Origin: Mobula hypostoma
Lineage: Eukaryota
Reading direction: 5' to 3'
NCBI RefSeq assembly: GCF_963921235.1
Contig: NC_086097.1
Span: 229,774,001 to 229,838,000, forward strand
Length of the DNA stretch: 64,000 nucleotides
Position numbers and translations under genes: made by a program. Below the pieces are notes generated by a model. The model had not been told where the DNA came from, did not search any database, and saw only the letters and a list, made by a program, of their open reading frames with translations. Positions 50,115 to 64,000 of the stretch are shown piece by piece; positions within the stretch are counted from its first letter, which is position 1; each line of letters begins with the position of its first letter.

Positions 50115-50404
50115 ACTGAAGGAAGAGTGAGTAAGGGATTTGAAAGCTGGAGGGGGAGGGGGAGATGCAAAATGATAGGAGAAGACAGGAGGGGGAGGGA
50201 TAGAGCCGAGAGCTGGACAGGTGATAGGCAAAAGGGATACGAGAGGATCATGGGACAGGAGGTCCGGGAAGAAAGACAGGGGGGGGTGACCCAGAGGATG
50301 GGCAAGAGGTATATTCAGAGGGACAGAGGGAGAAAAAGGAGAGTGAGAGAAAGAATGTGTGCATAAAAATGAGTAACAGATGGGGTACGAGGGGGAGGTG
50401 GGGC

Positions 50405-50731
50405 CTAGCGGAAGTTAGAGAAGTCAATGTTCATGCCATCAGGTTGGAAGCTACCCAGACGGAATATAAGGTGTTGTTCCTCCAACCTGAGTGTGGCTTC
50501 ATCTTTACAGTAGAGGAGGCCGTGGATAGACATGTCAGAATGGGAATGGGATGTGGAATTAAAATGTGTGGCCACTGGGAGATCCTGCTTTCTCTGGCGG
50601 ACAGAGCGTAGATGTTCAGCAAAGCGGTCTCCCAGTCTGCGTCGGGTCTCACCAATATATAAAAGGCCACATCGGGAGCACCGGACGCAGTATATCACCC
50701 CAGTCGACTCACAGGTGAAGTGATGCCTCAC
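50405..50731 (-). pseudogene. PLE GIY-YIG endonuclease domain (no RT upstream)
   Basis: GVIYCVRCSRCGLLYIGETRRRLGDRFAEH...EEQHLIFRLGSFQPDGMN. Confidence 0.92.
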
Positions 50732-51930
50732 CTGGAAGGACTGTTTGGGGCCCTGAATGGTAGTAAGGGAGGAAGTGTAAGGGCATGTTCATCTACCTAT
50801 TCTGTATCCTGCGCACATTCAGATATAACACCATCAGTCCTGTATTTGCCCTTTTTGATTTTTTCTGCCTTTTATGTTGCAACTCATCCTGTCGACTGCA
50901 ATCTTGACCCATCATCAGCCTCTCCGTATTGCCTCTGTTTGTAAACCAACTACCTCATCTTCAGCACTATCACTCCAGTTCCCTTCCCCTTGCCAAATTC
51001 AGCCGACCCGAACAACTCCAGCCAACCTGCCCACAAGGATATTGGTTCCCCTCAGGTTCAGGTGTAACCCATCCCTTTTGTATGGGTCATACCTTCCCCA
51101 GAAGAGATTCCAATGATCTGTAAATCTGAAACCCTGCCCCCTGCACCAGTTCCTCAGCTACACATTCACCTGCCAAATCATCCTATTCTTACCCTCACTG
51201 GCATTCGGTATAGGCAGCAATCAAGAGATTACTACCCTGGAGATCCTGTTTCTTAACCTTCTTCCTAGCTCCCTAAAAAATCTCTTCAGGATCTCCTCAC
51301 CTTGTCTACCTATGTCAATGGTGCCAATATGTACTAACATTTCCAACTGCTCACCTTCACCCTTGGGAATGCCACAGACCCAATACGAGACATCCTTGAT
51401 CCTGGTACCAGGGAGGAAACATAATACTCGGGTGTCTCTATCACGCCCACAGAAGCTCATCTCTGTTCCTCTGACTAAGGAATCTCTCTGCTCTTCTGAG
51501 CCACAGCACCAGACTCAGTGCCAGAAACCCAGTCACCCTGGCTCCCCCGGAAGGTCATTCCCCCGTATCATCAACCATATCAGCACCATTCAATGTGGGA
51601 CCAGTAAATCATCCAGTTCACCATACCAAAGTAAGGAGTTAGGAATAGTTTTGCTTTCGTCTGAATAAATTGTTGCTGGAAATCCCCCCAAATAAATGGC
51701 GGCACTAATTTGCTCCCCAAGTAAGCATTTTTTACACCTGCACAACTACTCGTTAATTTATCCCTGTTCATTTAAAATCTATAATCAAAATCAAATCAAG
51801 TTGTAAAGATGTTGCAACCAAGGTACCTGGTGCATTTCATCATTTCTGACTGCGGGTACCAATTGGGGATAGCTTATGACATGACAAGATTTCAACCTTC
51901 CTTTCTTATCAAGTGAATGTGGTCTCATTG

Positions 51931-52219
51931 GGGACACACACAAAATGCAGGAGGAACTTAGCAGGACAGGCAGCATCTATGGAAAAGAGTAAACAGATGA
52001 CTTTTGGGCCAAGACTGGAAAGGAAGGGGAGTAGTCAGAGTAAAGTCAGTAAGATTATTCTGGCTTCTCTCTTTCCTTTCTAGTCCTGATGAAGGGTCTC
52101 AGCCCAAAATGTCAACTGTTTACTCTTTTCCATAGATGCAGTCTGGCCTGCAAAGTTCCTAAAGCATTTTGTGTGTGTTGCTTTGGATTTCCAGCATCTG
52201 TAGATTTTCTAGTGTTTGA
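51931..52219. mobile_element. Fold-back Penelope-like repeat insertion with 10-bp TSD
   Basis: ggtctcattg at 51921-30 and 52220-29; degenerate hammerhead at ~52081-52118. Confidence 0.85.
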
Positions 52220-53640
52220 GGTCTCATTGAATTAAAAAAAAATCAAGAGCATCTTACATTTTCTTCTGGAATTTAGACCCAAAGTAATAACACTTTTTAT
52301 CTCTTTCTTGGTCAGAAATCCTCCACTGCCTGCAGAAGAATCAAGGAATGATGTCAATCCTGACAGAATTCCCAATGTCAGAGGTCATTAACAGAACAAT
52401 AATGTGTCCTGCAAACCATCTCAGGATGCAATAAATCAAGAAAGCAGTGTTTTGATTAATGCTGATAATGTAATATTAGAGTGAAATACAAATGCATTAA
52501 GTAAATACACAGTCCACTGTTATAACCAGATATAAATATCAGGGAGGTGTCAGCCTACGTGCATCATCTTTGGCCAACTAGCAGCATTGAGGTTGCTATA
52601 ATCACCCTAATTGAGAGGAACTGTACCTGCACCTGTTTCTTTGAGATGCGCACAGGAATGACAGATGAGGGAAGGATCACACTCACTAGAACAATTTCAA
52701 CTGTACTTACTTCACTGCCAAACATGGGGACAATAACCTCCTGGAATCCACACAGCTCAGAAAGCTAACATGTAAACATAAACTAAAATTGTCTCTGATA
52801 TTCATATAAGTTATAAATAAGCAATTAAGTTATTTAAACCGAATAACTTATGTGGCAATAAATATTGACAGTGAAGCTATTCTTTGACACTGGGGTAAAT
52901 TTCTCAAATAGTTAAGCTTTCAAAAGATTCTTCCATGTATTAACATATTCTCGCACAGGACACCATAACATTTTCTGAAGTGCAACCCCATACAATACAC
53001 ATTAACATTATTATTTCTACTTTAACCAGAACACTAAAAGGCAAAGAATAAAGACGTGTGTCTTCCTTTGTCCTCTCCCTGTTCCAAACCGAGTGGAGAG
53101 CAGGAATATATTCCTCAGGATCAGAACTAAAGCTATGTTCTCTAATCTTACTGACCTTTGCTCTGTGTTTTTATAGCACAATTCTTCCTTGGCAAGCACA
53201 CTGAACCTTTTGGAGCTGAGCCACTTTCAAGCACTTTGGTACATGTCCAGTACATATCCCACACAAAGACTGATAAGAACTCCAATTCTGCAGCTTGAAG
53301 CCACAAGGCCTTCAGAATACAGTATCGCCCTTGTGTAACAGTACAGCTCTACTATGTCCTCTCTGATTAAGATGTCAATGGCTGAACAATCTGTGTGTTA
53401 GTAACTGTTAAAGACAGTTCATTTTAAACAGAATCAGGGTTAAACAGAAAAGCATCAGATGACAGATTACAATAACTTGAATTTACATTGCACTTTATTA
53501 AAAATAACCCAAAGTTAGGAATTACTAAATAATATCTGGAACTTAACAACAACGGCTCATGAAAACTAGTCAAAAATATTGGATAAAGATGAAGACTTCC
53601 AAAAACTCTAAGAAATGCTGAAAGGTAGTTAACAACACCA

Positions 53641-53822
53641 GAGCAGCACAGTGGTTAGCACAATGCTGGGTTCAGTTCCTGCCACTGCCTGTAATGTCCT
53701 CCCGTGTTTTCTCCCCATAGTACAAAGATGTAGTGGTTAGTAGGTAAATTGTCCTGTGATTTGGCTAGGATTAAAACTGGGCAGTGTGGCTCGAAATCCA
53801 GAAAGGCCTATTCTGTGCTGTT
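53641..53822 (+). mobile_element. HE1-type V-SINE, deleted
   Basis: gcagcacagtggttagc head, gggttcagttcc, aattgtcctgtgatttggctagg. Confidence 0.65.
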
Positions 53823-54679
53823 TGACAATTTTAAAAAAATCACAAAAAAAGATCAACTACAAAGGGAACATGAAAACAAACTTGCCAGGATTGTCAAAAT
53901 CTACTCAAAAATATTTCACGATTATTTTAGGAAAAGGGGGGCAGTCAGGAGCTTAAGACCTTGGAACCTGATAATAGTGATATTGTAGATGAAAATAAAG
54001 AAGTGACTATCAATTACTTTGTGTCAAATAGTTTTGCCATCAGGGAAGGGAACAGCATTGCTGACATCTCAAGGAGAAGAAAACCAAATAAGGCAGAGGC
54101 TTATCAAAACTAAGTAAGATAGTAATAATGAACAAAAGAACATTACGAACAGCTGTGGCCAGTGCTTCCATTCTGGAATCAAGCAGGATTGTTTCAAGTG
54201 CCTTCAGGATTGTCTTCTAAGTATATTTCATTCAGAAACCATTTCCTTATGCTGGAAAATTATGCATGTTGTTCTGCTACTTAAGAAAGAAAAGAAAATC
54301 AGCATATTAGCCAAAAACTTGTTCTGGTTGAGTAATAATCTACAGATTAGTATAGGGGAATTTGTACTGCTTTAACACCACTCAAAGCTGAAAAACTATT
54401 GTTATTTGTGAAGGTCAGATTGTGAAGTTTACAGAAGAGGACGAAAGAGATCCTCCAGGGTTACAGCCAAGAGCTTCTGGCAGCAGGTGACTGCAAGGAT
54501 TCAAGATTCAATTTATCACTTCTGATCCTACCACCTTCTAGTTATCCTCCTTACCCTCTCCCCACCTTTTTATCCTGGCATCTTTCCCCCTTCCTTACCA
54601 ATCCAGAAGAAGGGTCACGGCCTGAAACACTGACAGTTTATTCTTTTCCTTAATTGCAGCGTTGACCTGCTGAATCTCA

Positions 54680-57635
54680 CCTCAGATTCAACCTGCAAAT
54701 TAACCTTTATGGAAATCCTGCACAAGGACTCCCAAGTACCTTTGCGCCTCAGATTTTTGAATTTTCTCTCCATTTAGAAAACAGTCTACCCTTTTATTTC
54801 ATCTCCCAAAGTGCAAGACCATACACTTCCTGACACTGTATTCCATCAGCCATACCTTTGCCCATTCTCTTATTCTGTCTCGGTCCCTCTATAGCATCTC
54901 TACTTCCTCAAAACTACTTGCTGCTCCACCTATCTTCGTATCAGCTGCAAACTTTTCAACAAAGCCATCAACTCCATCATCCAGATCACTGACAAATAAT
55001 GTAAAAAGAATTGGTTCCAACACAGACCCCCCTGAGGATCATCACTAGTCACTGGCACCCAACCAGAAAAGGCTCCCTTTATTCCCACTCTTTGCCTTCT
55101 GCCAGTCAGCCACTGCTTTATCCATGCTAGTATCTTTCCTGTAATACCATGGGCTCTTAACTTGATAAGCAGCCTCATCTGTGGCATCTTGTCAAAGGTC
55201 TTCTGAAAATCCAAGTACACAACATACACCATTTCTCGTTTTCCTATCCTGCTTGTTATTTCCTCAAAGAATTCCAACAGATTTTTCAGGCAAGATTTTC
55301 CCTTGAGGAAACCATGCTGACTACAGCATATTTTACTATGTGCCTCCAAGCATCCCGAAACCACATCCTTAACAATTGACTCCAACATCTTCCCAACCAC
55401 TGAGGTCAGACTAACTGGCTGATAATTTCCTTTCTTCTGCCTCTCTTCCTTCTTGAAGAATGGGATGACATTTGCAATCTTCCAGTCTTCCGGAACCATT
55501 CCAGAATCTAGTGACTCTTGAAAGAGGGGTTCTAATGCCTCTGCAATCTCTTCAGCTACCTCTTTCAGAACCCTGGGGTGTACACCATCTGGTCCAGGTG
55601 ACTTATCTACCTTCAGATCATTCAGTTTCCCAAGAACTCCTTAGTAATGCCAACTTGACACACTTCTATCCTGACACTCTCAAACTTCCCCCATGTTGCT
55701 GGTGGCTTCCACACTGAAGACTAATGTAAAATACTTATTCAGTTCGTCTGCCATTTCCTTGTCCCCCATTACTACCTCTCCAGTATCGTTTTCCAGAGGT
55801 TCAATATGCTCTCTCGCTTCTCTTTTACACTTTATGTATCTGAAGCAAGTTTTGATATCCTAGCATACTAGCTTACTTTTGTATTCCATCTTTTTCTTCT
55901 TAATGACACTTTTAGTTGTCTTCTGTTGGTTTTTAAAAGATTCCCAATCTTCTAATTTCCCACCAATTTTTGCTCTATTATATGCCCTCTCTTTGGCTTT
56001 TTTGTTAGCTTTGACTTCTCTTGTTATCCACAGTTGTGTCATCTTTCCTATAGAATATTTCTTCCTCTTTAGGATCTATATATCCTGTACCATTGAGAGC
56101 ATACTAACCAACTGCTTCTCAGTGTGGTATGGCAATTGTCCTGTATCGGACCGCAAAGCACTCCAGCGGGTGGTGCGAACTGCCCAGCGGATTATTGGCA
56201 CCAATTGCCCACCATTGAGAACATCTACCATAAACGCTGCCTGGGCAGGGCGAAAAGCATTATCAAGGATGCATCTCACCCTAACCATGGACTTTTTACT
56301 CTCCTCCCATCTGGTAGGCGCTACAGGAGACTCCGCTCCCGCACCAGCAGGCTCAGGAAGAGTTTCTTCCCTGAGGCTGTGACCCTGCTGAACCTCACAT
56401 CACAGCGCTAAGCAGTATTGCACCCATATTGCACTGTCTCAGTACTTTTATATTTGTGTGCTGTAGCACTTACTTTTTATTCGCAGTTATTTTGTAAATA
56501 ATACTATTCTTTTGCACTTCTGGTTAGATGCTAATTGCATTTCATTGGCTTCGTATCTGTACTCGGCACAATGACAATAAAGTTGAATCTAATCTTCTGA
56601 ATTGCTTCCAGAAATTCCAATCGTTGCTGCTCAGCCTTCATCCCTGCCAGTGTTCTTTTCCAATCAATTCTGGCCAACTCCTCTCCCATGCCTCTGTAAT
56701 TCCCTTTACACTACTGTAATACTGACACATCTGACTTTAGCTTCTCCTTCTCATATTTCGGGGTGAATATTAGGATCACATTCCTCTAAGGGTTCTTTTA
56801 CCTTAAGCTCTCTAATCAATTCTGGTTTGTCAATCCAGAAAAACTGATCCACTACTGGGTTCAACCACAAGCTGCTCTAAAAAGCCATCTTGTAGGCATT
56901 CTAGAAATTTCTCCTCATGGGATCTAACACCAACCTGATTTTCCCAATCTACCTGCATACTGAAGTCCCCCATGATTATTGTCCTTTTGGCATGCATTTT
57001 CTGTCTCCTGTTGTAATTTGTAGACCACATCATTACTACTGTTAGGGAAACAACATATAATTCCCATCAGAGTCTTTAGCTCTACCCTCAACGATTCAAC
57101 ACCTTCCGACCCTTTTCACCTCTTTCTAATGATCTGATTTATTTTATTTTACCAAGAGCTATGCCACCCCAACCCCTCTGCCCACCTGCCTACCTGCCTG
57201 TCGTTTTGATACAATGTGTATCCTTGGACATTAAGCTCCCAGGTATAAACTTCTTTCAGTCATGATTCAGTGATGCCAAACAACATCATTCATGCCAAAC
57301 TGTAACTGTGCTATAAGTTCATCTACCTTATTCCGTTTACTGCATGCATTCAAATAGAACACATTCACCCTTTTCAATTCCGTCTGCCTTTTACATTGCA
57401 ACTTATCCTGCTGACTGCAATTTTGCCCTAAGATTAGCCAGGAGTCTCCCTACACACCGCCTCTGTTTGTAAACCAACTACCTCTTCCTCAGCACTATCA
57501 CACTGGTTCTCATTCCCCAGCCAATTTAGAATAAAGCCTCCCGAACAATTCTAGCAAACCTGCCCACAAGGATATTGGTCCCCCTGGGGTTCAGGTGTAA
57601 CGATCCCCTTGGTGCGGGCTGTACCTTCCCCAGAA
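54680..57635 (-). mobile_element. CR1 LINE, decayed, interrupted at ~56086-56592
   Basis: ORF 54930..55499 PEDWKIANV...YLDFQKTFDK; IMGDFSM. Confidence 0.9.
56086..56592 (+). mobile_element. Rex1/Babar-type LINE 3' end
   Basis: CTIESILTNCFSVWYG; HPNHGLFTLLPSGRRYR...SFFPEAVTLLN; aataaa tail. Confidence 0.88.
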
Positions 57636-57953
57636 AGGGGTGTGGGGGTGGTAAACTTGTATTTGAATTTTCAGGAAAGATAAAATACCACACCAAAGTT
57701 ATGAAACAAGTTGGATCACATAAGATCGGAGGTGACGTGCTGGTGTGGATGTAGGATTAGATAACAGGAAACAGCAAGTAGAAATAAGTGTGTAATTTTT
57801 ACATTAGGACTGTGATTCCTGGGATACCACTGGGATCAATGCTAGGTTTCCAGCTGTTCACAATCTATACAATGTTTATGGATGATTTTGAAGAAGGCAC
57901 CAAACATTTGCTGATGACATTAAACTGGTAACTGTATGGGGTGCAAGGATGAT

Positions 57954-59348
57954 AGAAACATAGAAACATAGAAAATAGGTGCAGGAGTAGGCCATTCGGC
58001 CCTTCGAGCCTGCACCGCCATTTATTATGATCATGGCTGATCATCCAACTCAGAACCCCGCCCCAGCCTTCCCTCCATACCCCCTGACCCCTGTAGCCAC
58101 AAGGGCCATATCTAACTCCCTCTTAAACATAGCCAATGAACTGGCCTCAACAGTTTCCTGTGGCAGAGAATTCCACAGATTCACCACTCTCTGTGTGAAG
58201 AAGTTTTTCCTAATCTCGGTCCTAAAAGGCTTCCCCTCTATCCTCAAACTGTGACCCCTCGTTCTGGACTTCCCCAACATCGGGAACAATCTTCCTGCAT
58301 CTAGCCTGTCCAATCCCTTTAGGATCTTATACGTTTCAATCAGATCCCCCCTCAATCTTCTAAATTCCAACGAGTACAAGCCCAGTTCATCCAGTCTTTC
58401 TTCATATGAAAGTCCTGCCATCCCAGGAATCAATCTGGTGAACCTTCTTTGTACTCCCTCTATGGCAAAGATGTCTTTCCTCAGATTAGGGGACCAAAAC
58501 TGCACACAATACTCCAGGTGTGGTCTCACCAAGGCCTTGTACAACTGCAGTAGTACCTCCCTGCTCCTGTACTCGAATCCTCTCGCTATAAATGCCAGCA
58601 TACCATTCGCCTTTTTCACCGCCTGCTGTACCTGCATGCCCACTTTCAATGACTGGTGTATAATGACACCCAGGTCTCGTTGCACCTCCCCTTTTCCTAA
58701 TTGGCCACCATTCAGATAATAATCTGTTTTCCTATTTTTGCCACCAAAGTGGATAACTTCACATTTATCCACATTAAATTGCATCTGCCATGAGTTTGTC
58801 CACTCACCCAACCTATCCAAGTCACCCTGCATCCTCTTAGCATCCTCCTCACTGCTAACACTGCCACCCAGCTTCGTGTCATCCGCAAACTTGGAGATGC
58901 TGCATTTAATTCCCTCATCCAAGTCATTAATATATATTGTAAACAACTGGGGTCCCAGCACTGAGCCTTGCGGTACCCCACTAGTCACCGCCTGCCATTC
59001 TGAAAAGGTCCCGTTTATTCCCACTCTTTGCTTCCTGTCTGCTAACTAATTCTCCACCCACACCAATACCTTACCCCCAATACCGTGTGCTTTAAGTTTG
59101 CACACTAATCTCCTGTGTGGGACCTTGTCAAAAGCCTTTTGAAAATCCAAATATACCACATCCACTGGTTCTCCCCTATCCACTCTACTAGTTACATCCT
59201 CAAAAAATTCTATGAGATTCGTCAGACATGATTTTCCTTTCACAAATCCATGCTGACTTTGTCCGATCATTTCACCGCTTTCCAAATGTGCTGTTATCAC
59301 ATCCTTGATAACTGACTCCAGCAGTTTCCCCACCACCGATGTTAGGTT
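57954..59348 (-). mobile_element. Young 5'-truncated CR1 LINE inserted in an older + strand CR1 fragment
   Basis: 324-aa open RT C-terminus ([14 protein letters not shown]) with one stop at 59046-48; (tttctatg)n tail; 5-bp TSD atgat. Confidence 0.93.
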
Positions 59349-59859
59349 ATGATGCAGAGAAACTTCAAGGCAATACAGACAAGAAAAACAGTCAAAGATA
59401 TAGAGGGCAATATACTGTGGGAAAGTGCAGGACCATCTCCACCACAAGAAAAAAGTAAAAAGACACGTTATTTTATAAACATTGAGAGACTGAAAGGTAC
59501 AGGTGTTCACAGGGTATGGGAAATCCCTCAACAAAGACCACTGAAAATTAATATATGGATACAGGAAGCAATTGGGAAGGCAGTGGTATTGGGACAAATA
59601 AAGCTTTATCTTTTTCTTCTTTGGAAACGTTCAAAATTCCTATGGGTCTTAACTTGGCGGTAGCTACAGAATTGATGGTTACCCTGGCTAAACTTAGGTG
59701 TCGAAGTATCAAAATGTGTGGTGTGCCTGTCAGGGCTGCAAGGAGGAGAATCTATGTCAGCCAGACAGTAGCATGCCTCTACAATTCTCCACCCAGGAGG
59801 GATTTAGTGGCTCAGGCAATAATCATATTCAAGAAAGAGACTTTTAGACATTAAACAAA

Positions 59860-60638
59860 TGAAAGGGTAGGTCTTACACAGTAAATGGTAGGGCACTGAG
59901 GAGAGTGGTGGAACAAAGGGATCTGGGAATACAGGTCCATAACTCATTGAAAGTGGCTTCACAGTTGATAGGTCGCAAAGAAAGCTTTTGGCACATTGGC
60001 CTTCATAAATCAAATATTCAGAACTGGCGGTGGGGTGTTATGTTGAAGTTATATAAGGCCTAATTTGGAGTACTGTGTGCAATTTTAAACACAATAGGTG
60101 TCCAAAGATGTAAATAAGGTGGAAAGATGGAAAGAAGGTTAAAAGAGTACAGAGAAAATTTACAAGGATGTTGGCAGGACTGAGTTATTAGGAAAAATTG
60201 AATAGGTTAGGACTTTATTCCTTAGAATGTAGAAGATTGAAAGGAGATTTGATAAAGATATACAAAATGACGAAGGGTATAGATAGGGTAAATGCAAGAA
60301 GGGTTTTTCCACTGAGGTAGGGTGGGACTACCACTATAAGTCATGGGTTATGGGTTAAGGGTTAAGGGTGAAAGGTGAAAACTTTAAAGGGAACATGAAG
60401 GAAAACTTCTTCACTCATAGACAGAGCCATGAGAGTGTGGAATGAGTTTCCAAAGCAAGTGGTGCATGCAAACTCGATTTCAATGTTTAAGCAAAATTTG
60501 GATAGGTACATGGATGGTTGGTGTATGGAGGGCTATGGTCCCAGTGCAGGTTGATAGGAGTAGGCAGTTTAAATGGCATGACATGGACTAGATGGGCCAT
60601 AGGGCTTGTTTCTGTGCTGTACTTTTCTATGACTCTAA
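59860..60638 (+). mobile_element. CR1 LINE 3' fragment
   Basis: Similar to 8897-9505. Confidence 0.85.
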
Positions 60639-60865
60639 AGGAATAGGGTTAGTCTTGGAAATTACACAAACTTATTGAGTAGTTGGGCAGACAGAAGGGC
60701 TGAATAGGTTACTCCTGCTACTTTTTCTTGTGTTTGAAGCCATATCACTACATATAGCCAGCGATGTCAATGAGAGTAGATTTTCTTCATTGAAGTGCAT
60801 TTGTGAACAAGATTGCTGTTTTTTATATACCAAACCTGTAGCCTGTTCTCTGTTGTGAAATTTGC

Positions 60866-61292
60866 CTCAGTGGTTAGTGCGACGCTAGTAATGCTTGGGA
60901 TTTCGGAGTTCAGAGTTCATTTCTGGTGCTGTGTGTCACAGGTATGGCACTACTGGCTTGTAAATTATTGATTGCTATTGTGTTTTCTGTTATACTACTG
61001 TCCTGTGTTTTGTGCTCGGCGCCGAACCTCAATTAATTCTGCTATGTTTCACATACTGGCAATAAAGTGATTCGGCTTCCAATAAGGAACTTGTGCGTTT
61101 CCCCTGTGTTAGTGTGGGTTTCCTCCGGGTGCTCTGGTTTCCTCCCACAGTCCAAAGACGTACTGGTTAGTACGTTAATTGGTCATTGTAAATTGTCCCG
61201 TGATTAAACTAGGGTTACATACAGCTGGGTTGCTGGGCAGCACAACTCATTGGGCCAGAAAGGCCTGTTCTACACTGTATCTCTAAATGAAT
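60866..61292 (+). mobile_element. HE1-type V-SINE with an internal insertion (~60935-61080)
   Basis: gtgggtttcctccgggtgctctggtttcctcccacagtccaaagacgt domain. Confidence 0.78.
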
Positions 61293-62564
61293 AATGAAAT
61301 GAAAGTGAATTCTCTTCACACAGTGGGTTTGAACACAGGCCACAAATCGTTAATCCTGCCTCAGGACTATGAGCCCAACAAACATTACCACTAAACTATG
61401 ACAGCTCTGTTCTTCCGGTGTGAACTGTCATCCCCAGCGATGGTGCTGAAGGAATTCAGGATATTGTATGGGAGTTCTAGGTCTGTGTAGTGACTGTTTC
61501 AGCCTACTGCCTCACCAGTCTCTGGGACAGTACTCCCTAAGTTGGCACTAATCTCCAGAAGTTGGTGAGGGGGATTTGGTCAAATAAGTGAGGCTGAGTG
61601 TGTCTCTGTTGGGTTTTGATTCATTTCCTAAGTGACACCTTGGTGTTACAAAGTCATACTTGCTTCCCTTTCTAGCAGGTGGAATGCGCAATGGCTACAT
61701 TGATTGCATCAATGAATGTGATTAAGAGTCAACCACCTCAATATGGAATTTATCACAATGGCAAAAAGAGCATGTTTCCTTCCCTGAACAACATTGGCAA
61801 ACTAGATAGGTTTTTATGGCAGTTGTATGATCTAATTTTGTTGAAAGCAACTTTTTAATTCTTCTGAAAAGAAAAATGAATTACATATCTTTATCTATTG
61901 ATCTCAAACTCTTTGCATTATTAGTGTAGGCCTCTGTGTTACTAGTCTAGTCATATAAGTACAAACGTTTGCATTTCACATTATCAATTTTTTATTGTGA
62001 AGATAGAGAAGCATAAGTGGCAAAAAAAAACTTATTTGCTGTTAAACAAATGGAACTGATCCATTATTGTACTTCAGCCAAAAATTTCACTACTATAACT
62101 GATTTACTGAACTTCACTGGAGAGCAACAAGAAGCAGTCTTGATTCTTTTACAAAATCTGCTTTAAGTTTATTTTAATGCTTCACCTCACCTATTTGACA
62201 TGCTCTAATTCACTGAATGTTGGGACATTGACAATTCCTCATTTGTCAAAAGCAACCCACACTAATTCAGCACGTTATCTTTTCCTTAAAACATCTCAAA
62301 CCCTTTCAGCATTATTGAGTTACCTTGTCAATGCATTAACCGTTGTCATCTACGCAAATAAAGTAAGCACTTGTACAGAGCTGGCCTCCACAATGGGGTA
62401 ATGAAATTTCACACTAGTTAATTTATTTCTGGATGGAGGTGTTACATGCCGACTGCTGGAAGAAGAAACTCCGTTTGGAATGCATTCCCGGTTTGTCCAA
62501 CAGTGGGAAAGACAAATCAAAGTCGTGGTACCATGCTACACATCATTAGATCAGACTTTTCTAT

Positions 62565-63015
62565 GTTCAGAGTAAATTTGTTATCAAATGCCATAACCCT
62601 GTGATTTATTTTCTTGCAGGCACACTCAATAAATCCAATAACCATAATGGAATCAATGGAAGACCGCACCAAAAAAACAATCAGTGTGCAAAAAACAAGC
62701 TATGAAAATACAAAAAGAAAGAAAATAATAAACAAACAACAATAAATATCGAGAACATGAGATGAAGAGTCCTTGAAAGTGAGTCCATTAGTTGTGGGAA
62801 CAGTTCATTGATGGGGCAAGTGTAGTTATCCCCAGTGGGTCAAGAGCCTGATGACTGAGGTGTAGTAACTGTTCCTGAACCTGGTGCTGTGAGTCCTGAG
62901 CTCCTGTACCTTTCTTCCTGATGGCAGCAGCCAGAAAACAACATGACCTGGATGGTATGGGTCCCTGATGTGGATGCTGCTTTCCTTCAATAACACTCCA
63001 AGCAGATATGCTCAA
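62565..63015 (-). mobile_element. Rex1/Babar-type LINE 3' end
   Basis: Shared 3' motifs (ctgttcctgaacctggtg...cctgatggcagcag). Confidence 0.75.
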
Positions 63016-63407
63016 AGGACTTTTCTTATAAATCCATCCAAAACTGAGGTCCTGACAGCAGGAAGCTGAGCAGCAATGGTATGCTTAAAAAGGGAGTTCC
63101 TTCTGACTGGCTAATAGAGCTTTCCTGAAAAGCATTTCCAGTTGGCTAATTGTGAGACACACCGGCCAATGAAAGAAAACCAGGCCCTGGCCGAGTTACC
63201 ATGTGGGCCAGTGTTTGAGAGGCTTTGGCGAGCAGAGGTGCATGTAAGGTTCTTTGAATTTCTTTTTCAGTCTTAGAGCATTCAGATAGTAGTTAAGGCA
63301 GTGGTATACTCCCCCTGCAAGATGTGGAAGATCTGAGAGGCTACTAGCATCCTTGAGGTCCTCCCCTGTGGGAAATGTATGCAACTGCAGCTCCTGACTG
63401 ACCACAT

Positions 63408-64000
63408 GAATTTGAATTTAAATTTGAATTTGAATTTGAATTTATTTAAATCTTACATCTATCCCACAATGTGAGGGAGTAAAAATCTTTGTGTTATGAC
63501 TCCGTTACAATGTACAGACATGTGAATTTATAAATCTTATGGCTTGTGGAAAGAAGCTGTCCCATAGCCTGTTGGTCCTGGCTTTTAGGCTGCGGTAGCT
63601 TTTGCCGGACGGAAACAGCCAAAACAGTTTATGGGTGGGGTGACTGGTGTCCTCGATGATCTTCCAGGCCTTCTTTCTGTATCTGCTGCTATAAATATCC
63701 TCAATGGAGGGTAGTTCACATCCACAGATGAGCTGGGCTGTCTGTCCCACGCTCTGCAATGCTCAGTGAACAAGGTTGGTGCAGATCCCGTACCAGGCGG
63801 TGATACAGCCAGTCAGGAAGCTCCCAATGGTGCTCCTGCAGAAGGTCTTGAGGATTTGGGGGCCCATGCCGAACTTCTTCAGTCGTCTGGGGTGGAAGAG
63901 ACGCCATTGTGCTTTTTTTGCCACACAGCCAGCGTGTACATTCCAGGTGAGATCTTCAGTGATGTGTGTATCGAGGAACTTGAAACCATTCACCCTCTTA
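63408..64000 (-). mobile_element. Rex1/Babar-type LINE 3' part, runs off the window end
   Basis: AKKAQWRLF..RRLKKFG, LTGCITAWYG, HPTHKLF.LFPSGKSYR, SFFPQAIRFIN; (tttgaa)n tail. Confidence 0.9.

Larger units (their letters stand above)
49972..50787 (-). mobile_element. Penelope-like element, 5'-truncated, younger copy with 8-bp TSD
   Basis: TSD ttcatcta (49964-71, 50788-95); uninterrupted GIY-YIG domain; empty-site paralogue at ~57304-57333. Confidence 0.92.
48446..51555 (-). mobile_element. CR1 LINE (ORF1 esterase to RT), decayed, interrupted by a PLE
   Basis: LVHIGTIDIG esterase; GITKSWL and GHFNM endonuclease; NYRLVNLTSVVGK. Confidence 0.88.

Noticed and set aside
52547..53340. Possible small exons (minus-strand donor near 52706; plus-strand acceptor near 53177)
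   Set aside because: Signals lie on opposite strands and the peptides are unrecognisable.

Overview
Eukaryotic, repeat-dense vertebrate DNA, most likely a cartilaginous fish (ray or shark). This is inferred from HE1-type V-SINEs, many CR1 LINEs, Rex1/Babar, Penelope-like elements (PLE), RTE-tailed short elements and Tc1/pogo/hAT/Harbinger transposons. I found no intact host gene, rRNA, tRNA gene or CRISPR array, so the window looks like a very long intron or intergenic DNA. Nearly all long ORFs are decayed transposon ORFs. The centre holds a deep nest: a sushi-type Ty3/Gypsy element whose 5' LTR is split by a full-length CR1, which itself carries a PLE repeat, a pogo-type MITE and a hAT element. 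Most unusual observations: (1) a 178-bp GC-rich piece of the 5' coding region of ZFTRAF1/CYHR1, exactly circularly permuted and inserted in a short retroelement (45564-45741), as expected for a re-integrated DNA microcircle; (2) a TSD-flanked chimera of a ~148-nt two-hairpin sequence and a CR1 3' tail (18747-18941), with a tail-less homologue 1.5 kb away; (3) minimal hammerhead-ribozyme motifs in PLE repeats, where several short insertions start or fold back; (4) an isolated pre-miRNA-sized hairpin (15867-15957). All family calls come from motif recognition by eye, not database searches. Coordinates without TSD or TIR support are approximate.
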